Positions 54,567 through 64,000 of a DNA stretch of 64,000 bases are shown piece by piece. This DNA comes from the human T2T-CHM13v2.0 reference genome, Homo sapiens. Location: assembly GCF_009914755.1 (NCBI RefSeq), contig NC_060936.1; one strand, 5' to 3'. The notes under the pieces are model-generated. The model had not been told where the DNA came from. It ran no database searches and saw only the letters and a list, made by a program, of their open reading frames with translations. Each line of letters begins with the position of its first letter. Positions within the stretch are counted from its first letter, which is position 1. The translations under genes were made by a program, and so were the position numbers.

Positions 54567-55764
54567 TCACAAATTAACTATAAATTTTGATGGAACTTCC
54601 AAAACCAAAACAATTTGGATGAAGTCTGAGTAGTTAACTATGTTTACATATTTTCATATGTGAAGTCACCATTTCACAAATTACAATTTTCCTGTTATCT
54701 TTAGGCTGTCTTATGGGAGTATAAGTAATCACATTTCTAAAGGAAGCCTCCATAAGCTTTCTATGGAAAAAACTCTTACGTCTCTAAAGCCTTAAAATGA
54801 TACTTGGAAACAATAGTACCTTCAGGAAAGGCCCTGAACACAGAGCGAGGGGTAAAATGGCTGGCCATGAGAAGTATGAAGGGAGAGAAGCCCCTCTCTC
54901 ATGTTCTTACAGACTAGAAACGCTCACCAGGGCAGTGGAAAAAGAGGTCCCCTATGATAAATGAGGTTTTATTTTGAAATTTACTGGCCAATCAGGATCA
55001 GCCAGGCAGGAGAATTTACAGGGCCAAACATTCAGTTCAGGCTTTTCATATCTAGAAGGAATTTTTATATCAATATGATGATATGAACTGGAAAGTTACA
55101 CAAATTACACTGTTTTGAAAGGACAAATATTCACTCTGATGCAGAAGCATTGTAGAAAGAATGCTGAGGTAACCAAATATACAGGGCAAAGATGGGGAGG
55201 GTTGGTTACCTAAATTGATTCTAACTCAGCTGCCTGAGTTAGCAAGTTCCAACACAAAGAAAAATTGGGGAGTGAAAAAACCAGCCAAGATTTCAGAATC
55301 AAAGGCCAGTTAGGAGAAAGCTGAGAATGGGCAGGAAGTGTATTGGAGGAAGCTCACTTTTGTGGGAACAGCCAGAGAGTTGAATGTACAAAGGCAAAAT
55401 GGTTTAGCAAGGCCAAAAGTGATACAGGCAAATGCTAGGACCAAGAAAAAAGAATGTAATGGGTAAGTGACAGCAGAGAGGAGCCATACAACAATATTAC
55501 TACAAGAAAATTAGGCAGGGATAATTGGATCACAATCAATTCTGAATTGTAATTGGTGGTTTGAAGGACAGAACCTAACCTCCTAGAAGAAGTGACTGAG
55601 AAGGACTTGTTGGGGAATAAGGAACCAGTCGAACAGGCCAGGGTTTTAGAAAGAACTAATAGTGAAAATCTGAGTTGAGAAATAAAAAATAGGAGTTAGG
55701 GAAATTGAGGTACAGTCCTACTTATATAACACGGAAAGTAGAGAAATTCTGAAATTCATAAACG

Positions 55765-56074
55765 TGTATGCCTTACCTGGAAATAGAGCCTGTAAGGAGG
55801 TGATAAAGGTTAATGAGGTCAAAAGGGCTGGGCCCTAATCTGATAGGGATGGTGTCCTTATAGGAAGAGATATCAGCATTCTCTCTCTCCGCTATTTGAG
55901 GACACAGCGTAGGTGGCTGTCTGCAATCCGAGGAGAAAGCCTTTGCCAGATACTGGTCCTGCTGGCACCTTAATCTTGGACTTCCAGTCCTCAGATCTGC
56001 GATAAAATAAATTTCTAAATTCAAGCCACCCAATCTATGGTATTTTGTTGTGGCAACCTGAACAGACTAAGACA
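55765..56074 (+). mobile_element. MLT1A-like MaLR LTR (5' end missing)
   Basis: taatgaggtcaaaagggctgggccctaatc...gctggcaccttaatcttggacttccag...ggtattttgttgtggcaacctgaacagactaagaca. Confidence 0.88.
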
Positions 56075-56276
56075 ATAGGATAAAATCCAGACCCCCTTTG
56101 TATAGCATTCAAGTCTGCCCCCAGCCAACTGCTATCCGATCTTACATGTCTTTTTATGCTAAATGCCCTGTCCTGCTTATTCCTCTAACCACACACCTGC
56201 CCAATTCTCTCGCTCCAACTTGTATTCACTCTTTCAGACACTACTCTGACGTCATATTCTCTGAGAGGTAGATGAC

Positions 56277-57849
56277 TGTTATGGGTTGAATTGTGTTCAC
56301 CCAAAAGTTATGTTCAAGTGCTAATTCTCTGGTACCTGTGAACATAATCTTATTTGGAAATAGGGTCACTACAGATGTAATCAAGTTAAAATGAGGTCAT
56401 AATGGATTCAGTCGGGACCTAATCCAATGATCCATGCCCTAATAAAAAGAGAGAAATTTGTGCTTTTTAAAAACAAATGTTATTGTGTATATTTAAGGTA
56501 TACAACATGATATGGGGTACATATAGATAGTTAAAAGGTTACTACAGTGAAGCAGATTCACATGTCCATCACCTTACAATAGTGACCCTTGTTTTTTTCC
56601 GAGGGCAACCAAAATCTACTCATGTAGCGTGAATCCCATATACAGTACAATTTTATTACCTATCATCCTCATGTTCATTTAGTCTCTAGACTTGTTCGTC
56701 CTACATTATCGGCTATTTTCCATCCTCTGACTACATCTCCCTATTTCCTCCCCACCCCATGCCCTTTCCTGTTAACCGCTGTTTTGTTCTTTATCTATGT
56801 ATATTTTTAGATTCCACACATAAATGAGATAATGCAATTATTTTTCTATGTCTGGCTTATTTCACTTAGCATAATGTTCTCCAGGCTCATCTATATTGTA
56901 GCAAATGGTAATATCTCATTCTTGTTTATGGCTGAATAACATCCATTGTACATATGTACCATAGTATTTTTATCCATTCATCCATCGATGAATACTTATA
57001 TTGTTTCCATATTTTGGCTATTGTGAATAATACTACAATAAACATGGAAGTACAGATATCTTAACAAGGTGGTGATTTCAGTTCCTTTGGATATATGACC
57101 AGAGGAAGAATTGCTAGGTGATATGGTAGTTCTATTTTTAATTTCTTTGGAAACCTCCATACTGTTTTCCATAAGGGCTGTACCCTTATGGAAATTCTAC
57201 AATTCCCACCAACAATGTACAAGAGTTCAATCTACATTCACACCAACAGTATACAAGAGTTCCCTTTTCTTTACATCCTCATCAACATTTGCTATCTTTT
57301 GACTTTTTGATAATGGCCATCTTAACAGGTGTGAGATGGTATTTCACAGTGTAGCACAGCTCAGCCAAGGCTCTGATTACCTTGGATTCGAGGCACTGCA
57401 TCTGACTGGTCCCAGAAAGCACTGCCACATAGGTCAGCCAGAGCCTCTGAATCCCTGGGAGTGGGATGTCACACCATTTGCGGTGCTTCTAGAAGATGAA
57501 ACTGCTCCAATGTACCAGAGACTTGGAGCCCTAGGAGGGCAGGGGCTGCCTCAGCTGTAGTGCTGGGGACAGAGACAGACACACAGGAAGAATGTTACAT
57601 GACAAGGGAGGCACAAATTGAAATTAATGCTGCCACAATCCGGGAATACCAAGAATTGCCAGCAACCACAAGAAGTGAGGAGAGAGGTGTGGAACATGTT
57701 CTCCTTCTGAGCCCTTCAGATGAAACTAACCCTGCAGACACCCCTTTATTTTAGACTTCTAGCCTCCAGAGCAGTGAGAGAATAAATTAGGTTTTAAGCT
57801 ACACAGTTTACAGTACATTTTTGAACAGCAGCTCTAGGAAACTAATACA
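56277..57849 (+). mobile_element. MLT1B/C solo LTR split by an L1 insertion (pieces 56277-56460 and ~57566-57849)
   Basis: Starts tgttatgggttgaattgtg and ends ctctaggaaactaataca. Perfect 5-bp TSD atgac at 56272-56276 and 57850-57854. Confidence 0.92.
56461..57352 (-). mobile_element. L1MA (L1MA7-like) 3' end
   Basis: gtgtatatttaaggtatacaacatgat...tagattccacacataaatgagata...ggcttatttcacttagcataatg...tgataatggccatcttaacaggtgtgagatggtat. Confidence 0.9.
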
Positions 57850-57934
57850 ATGACAAACAATATTCCCACTCTTTCTCCAATCCTGAAATAATTAATTGCA
57901 CTCCATAAGGCTTTGTTTTTCCCTGCAATCTTAG

Positions 57935-58895
<961 letters not shown>

Positions 58896-59789
58896 CCATT
58901 ATAACAGCACTAATGCCTTATACTTAATTCAATTGCTTATATTTCTATCTACCCTATTAGACTGTATAGTTTTGACAGCAGGGATTATCAGAATCATCTT
59001 TTTAATTTCTACCACTTAGCATAAAGCTCAGTAATCAGTTGTTGAAATACATATGTCTACACACACATACATATGTTTGTATATATGTATATATCTTACT
59101 TTGCATCATACAGTTTATAAGATCCAGGTAAGCCAGATGCATAATCATAAAACTGAGAAGAGATGATCCAGTTAACTCTGGGTTGACTGTAGCCATATGC
59201 TGAAATAAATGTGTTCAGTTTCTAAATGAATAACTCTTACATTCACAAGCAATAGATAATCACCTGAAATGAGACAATTTTATTTTTGGGGAAGGGAGGG
59301 AGATCAAATGTGTCTGATATTAGAAACATTAGTCATTGCTCAAGTACTTTTCATTTCCCACAAGTGATGGTTTGTATTACGTAGACTTTAATTCAGCCTC
59401 TCTTTGGGTGGTCCCTTTTTAAAGGGGCTCCTTATGGTTTGTTCATCCTGTTGATACTCTCTTCTCATCAAAGCAGAGTAAGTGTTGCAGGGTTGATGTT
59501 AATAGAATCTGCAGTGAGATCTTAGCTGGAGAACACAAAACCACATTAACTGATATTTCCTCTTACATAGTGTGTAGATGATCTCTAATGATCAGGAGTG
59601 TTTAAGACCATGATGCTCTTGCATACATTCTACATGTGACCTTAGAATAGTCTCTAGGTTTTTGTTGTGATTCCTCATAAGCCAGAAAGATGGCAAAGCC
59701 TTAAAATGTGGGATAATGAATCACTGAGTACAGAAGTGAACTGTTTAGAGGTCTCCTCCTGGGTTTAATTATTTCATTTAAGGAAGAAG

Positions 59790-60089
59790 TCACAGCGTCA
59801 GCTCACAGTCCAGATCTAGTCTGCTGTTTGTTTCTAAAAAATACTTGAACAACAATGGAATATTTAAAAATATAAGAGATCATCTAAAAAATCCTGGATC
59901 TTGTGTTTCTTTTGAAATTAAAGAATGGAATCTCTAACAATGTTGGGCCTGTGTGGATTCTGCTTGGGAGCTGAGAAAAGTCTCCTTTTGTAAGAGTGTG
60001 CTGACTGTTTACTACAGCACCCCCAGGCCCACTTTACTCATTTCCATCTTTTGCTTGGTACTTGTGTGCTTTTGTGTTTGCAACCCCTG
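59790..60089. mobile_element. MER102-like hAT-Charlie MITE
   Basis: aaaaaatcctggatcttgtgtttcttttgaaa...aacaatgttgggcc...cccactttactcattt...gtttgcaacccctg. Confidence 0.7.
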
Positions 60090-60962
60090 GGCTAGGGTCA
60101 CTGTAACCATTAGGAGCTACTGAGGCTTGGAAAATACTCTAGGGCACCCCAGGATTGTGGGTGAAAGACAGCGGGCCCCGCACACAGCCTGAGCCAGAAC
60201 ACAGGGCATCAAGGTTTTCAACTTCCCCAAAAGCATGCTTCTCATTTTTCTCAGTTGTTTCAAGTTGGGAAGCTGTGTGTACCTCTCTCTAGAGATGCCA
60301 CATAAGAAGCTAAGTTGTGTGCAGTTCAGTTTACACTGCAACTGAAACTTGGCTTCAAGCTTCTTGTTGACAATGTGCTCATATAGGCAAAAAGCTTTCC
60401 TTAATACATTTTGTAATACAATTCAGAAACATTAAAAAATAAGTGTTTATCCACTTTTTATAGAACCTGGAGTCTGTATGTTTTCTGAATAGGTAAAATA
60501 GTCTCGTGTGAAGACAAGAATTTTGATGAGAAAATTTTCCAAGGGAATCCCTCTACTTAAAATTTTCAGGGCCTTCCCTGACCAGATATCTAAATAAATT
60601 CAACACTGAGTAATTTGAGAAAATGTATTCTAGGGTCAATATAGAAGAAGATTTTATTATAAAAGATTAGCACCCTTTGATTTAATTGAAACCTCCTAAG
60701 GAATTCAAAGTGCTTTATGGATTACATCTCATTTCCATACCATCCAACAAACTAAATGATCTCTAGTTTAAATGATTCTCAGAGTGAAAGTTAAGAATTG
60801 TCATCACAGCTATGTAAAGGCTTTACTTTTATAAGGCTAAAATTATGTAAATAATGATTTAAGTAACATTTTAAATTAGAGGATATTTTTTCTGGGGGAT
60901 GGCAGATGCCCATTTCTCACCTTCCCCATCTTTTCTCATGCTTTCCCAGTGTGGAAAATAAA

Positions 60963-61105
60963 GCAGACAGATAGACTGACAGATACACAGACCGTCAGGC
61001 GGAGAGAAAGTGACCGTGAACAATAAATGATTAGATAGATAGGTAGGTAGGTAGAGAACAAAACGAGGAAAAAGAGGAACAGAGGGGGAGTTGCGGGGGA
61101 GAGAT
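60963..61105 (+). repeat. Purine-rich low-complexity tract with (CAGA)/(TAGA)/(TAGG) units
   Basis: cagacagatagactgacagatacacagac...tagatagataggtaggtaggtag. Confidence 0.7.
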
Positions 61106-62093
61106 GTTATCAGAGGAAACAGATAAGACTAATGTTTTCTCTAGACCTTCCAAAACGCAGTCAAGAAGAAACAAGAAATGCAAGCCAACAAGCTCCTTTC
61201 TTCCTATGTCCTGGTATCATAGCAGGTTTTGAATACTAGTTTTCTGGGTTGTCAAGTTTCAATTCCACTCTCTTAATAAGGCAGAGTGATTACATGGATA
61301 CATTTAAGGCATTAAAGACCTCCTAATCCTCCCCACCTATATTATTTAGCCAGAACTGTTAATAGGAACAGAATTAACTAATTTTGGCTTTATTCCTATT
61401 CCTACCCTGTCCTGATTAAATCTCAATCTGTGCCAATTAGGTCAGTTACTTAAAACCAGATGTGAAAGCATTCAAACTTGAGATTTGTCCTTCATAGGGT
61501 AGATATGTCAGACCTGGCTTTCATAGAAAAGTTCAATTTATCCAGATAACCTTTCTTCAGTCATATAGAAGGACTATTTTTCAGCCAAAGATAAAAAAGT
61601 AGCTGCCATCTTTTACTTGGATCTCCAAATGATTAATGCTTGAAACTAATAAAACCCAAATGATAGGTTCTATCTTTATACATCTCCATGAAGGAAACTG
61701 TACTCAGTCCACACACTGATCACTCAGCCTGTGTGATCATACATATGGTAGGATATCACTGACAGCCCCAGACAGATCACAGGGAGCCAATTTACATGGT
61801 GGGTGGTACCCTAGGCTGGGCATGGCACTAGGGGTTTCCTGCCTTAGATGGGCAGCACTCCCAGAGAGCCAAGTCATGTGAGGGTTGATGGCTAATGATG
61901 GGGCAGTGACTCACAGCACCACTATGGTGGACAAGGAACTGAGAGGGAACCATTCGCTCTTGAGAGGAGCACCCCCTTTCTCCATCTGGTTCCTGGGCAA
62001 AGATGTTGTTGTGAGTTGAGCATCAGAAAGAAGAGGATGCTTGTTAAACAAGCAAATAAGCAGACAGCATTCCAATAATTCACAAACTATATA

Positions 62094-62764
62094 CAGGGTC
62101 ACAAGCTGTATCCCAAGCTGTGGGCCAACTGTGTCTTAGAACTCAAAATTGTATGTATTTTAGAAAGTATTAAAGTGTATATACTGCATATTATATATCT
62201 CCCCACCAGGGCCTGAAGCGCTATTCTGTGATCAAACACAACAGTATTTCTGCAGCAAAATATGTGAATATTCACACTACGTGCATTAAATAAACAATGT
62301 ACATTTTAGGGAATTCTTCAAGACTCTGTCAGATTAGGTCTGTTTTTACCTAAAGAAAAGAATTTCAGTGTTGAGTGGGTTTTTTTTTTTTTTTTTTTTT
62401 GGATTTTGTGTTTTTTTGAAATGGTGTCTTGCTGTGTCACCCAGGCTGGAGTGCAGTGGCGTGATCATAGCTCACTCTAGTCTCGAACTCCTAGACTCAA
62501 GCAATCCTCCTGCCGGGGCCTCCCAAGTAGCTAGGACTACAGGCTTATGCTATCATGCCCCGCTATATATATATATATATATAAATTTATTTATTATGAT
62601 TATTTTTTGTAGAGATGGACTCTCGCTATGTTGCCCAGGCTGGGCTCAGACTTTTGGCCTCAAGCTATCCTCTCACCTCAGACTGCCAAAGTGCCAGGAT
62701 TACACGTGTAAGCCACTGTGCGCAGCCTAGATTTTGGAAATGAGCATAAAAGATCGTGAGCCTG
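62094..62764 (+). mobile_element. MER46C (Tigger-family MITE) split by an AluJ
   Basis: ta|cagggtcacaag...atcaaacacaacagtatttctgcagcaaaatatgtgaatattcacacta...aagatcgtgagcctg. Terminal inverted ends. Confidence 0.8.
62378..62727 (-). mobile_element. AluJ with (TA)n in the linker
   Basis: gtgatcatagctcact, gactcaagcaatcctcc, ctatgttgcccaggct; long T tract. Confidence 0.92.
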
Positions 62765-64000
62765 CACTCTGCTTCAACTTAAAGCAGTTTAAAAATAAAG
62801 ATGCTGCAAACTCTACCTCTGGCACTTTTCTTGCTGCTTTATTTTTGCGATTTCCTCCCAAATCTACTCTGTCACCCTGGAAGAGTCCTGAGTTATGCTG
62901 CATATTAATGCATTGCATCCACAAACTGACTCATTCAATAAACATGACTGACTTATTGGACATGTACTATCAGCTGGCATCACACTAGGGACAGATAGTG
63001 ACTCAGCTATTCTATTGAGTGGTCCACTGGAGTCTAAGGCCATGGATTTCCAAATTCTAGACTTCGGAGTTTACCAAGGCTATTGAAATTAAAACAAAGA
63101 AATTTTTGTCTTTACACCTTATACTCAAAGGAATTCGACGGTGAACTCTATTCTTAAATTAGCATTTCCAAGTCATCTAACAAAATGCCATCAATGAACA
63201 AGTTTATGTGAAATTTAATCTTGGGCAGCAAGTAATACTTGAGAAAATATTTGTTTTTAAATTGTGTTTTATTTTCTTTTCCATTTACTTATTTTCATTG
63301 AGAGATAGTTGTCTGACCATTGCTGATTTCCTTTCTAGGAACAAGTTTTTATTATAAAACATCAAAGCATTAATCCAAATCATCCAAAGTTTATTCATTC
63401 TCTAAACAAATGAAAATCATAGGAAAGACTTATTATTCCACATGAGTTAGAACTTGGTTTAATTTGAAAATGGAAAAATTACTATCTTAGAGAGATGTAA
63501 GCTGACACACTGGAACTAATGATTCCTGTTTAAGGGTCTGTGTTGTTTTGTTTTTATTCTAATACAGCACATCCAATATTCCATTTTGGTAGAATTGTAT
63601 TTCACCCTTAAGTAATAAAGTGGTCATCCAAAGGATTTTAAGCAGCCTTCCAGATTTGAAATGCTTCTAGTTTGATAAAGACAACTCAGAGAATGACTTA
63701 ATGAGAAATTCAAAAGATGTGATCATAACACAATATCATGTCAAAAGAGGAAAAAAACCAGTAGGGGTATATTTGGTGTTAAAATGAAGAATACAAAAAT
63801 TATGGCTCTGAACTTATAGGAAATCAATCTAATATTTTTAGCTTTTTGCCAATACCACACCTGGAACAAAATTTTCAGCCATGATGAAGTATTATTTACA
63901 CCTTCATAATTTTTTGTTTCTTATGCCAGCAGCCTACAGGAAAATGCAACCCACGAGTTACAAGCAGACAATCTAGGTTTACTTTGAGAAAATTTGATGG

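Overview
Human non-coding genomic DNA: AT-rich, CpG-poor, with a consensus-like AluYa5 (a human-specific subfamily) indicating the species. It is either intergenic or the interior of a long intron; I could not identify the locus. I found no recognisable protein-coding exon, RNA gene, processed pseudogene or CpG island. Many track ORFs, including all with recognisable peptides, derive from Alu, L1 or LTR sequence; the rest look like chance frames. A large share of the window is transposable-element fossils: about 11 Alu/FLAM copies, a 4.3-kb L1MA, several other L1 pieces, L2, MIR, L3/CR1, MaLR and ERVL LTRs (including a two-LTR MLT1 provirus) and hAT/Tigger MITEs, often nested. Repeat subfamilies were assigned by eye from remembered consensus sequences, and boundaries of the old elements are approximate. 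I see no evidence of a new biological system. The best leads are: a compact promoter-like module with a G-quadruplex (~33.5 kb); a palindrome plus a pre-miRNA-sized hairpin (~31.7 kb); a possibly polymorphic AluYa5; an L1 carrying a non-colinear 5' segment (~57.4 kb); an RFX/NF-Y candidate enhancer (~18.5 kb); and an orphan exon-like open frame (~51.2 kb).
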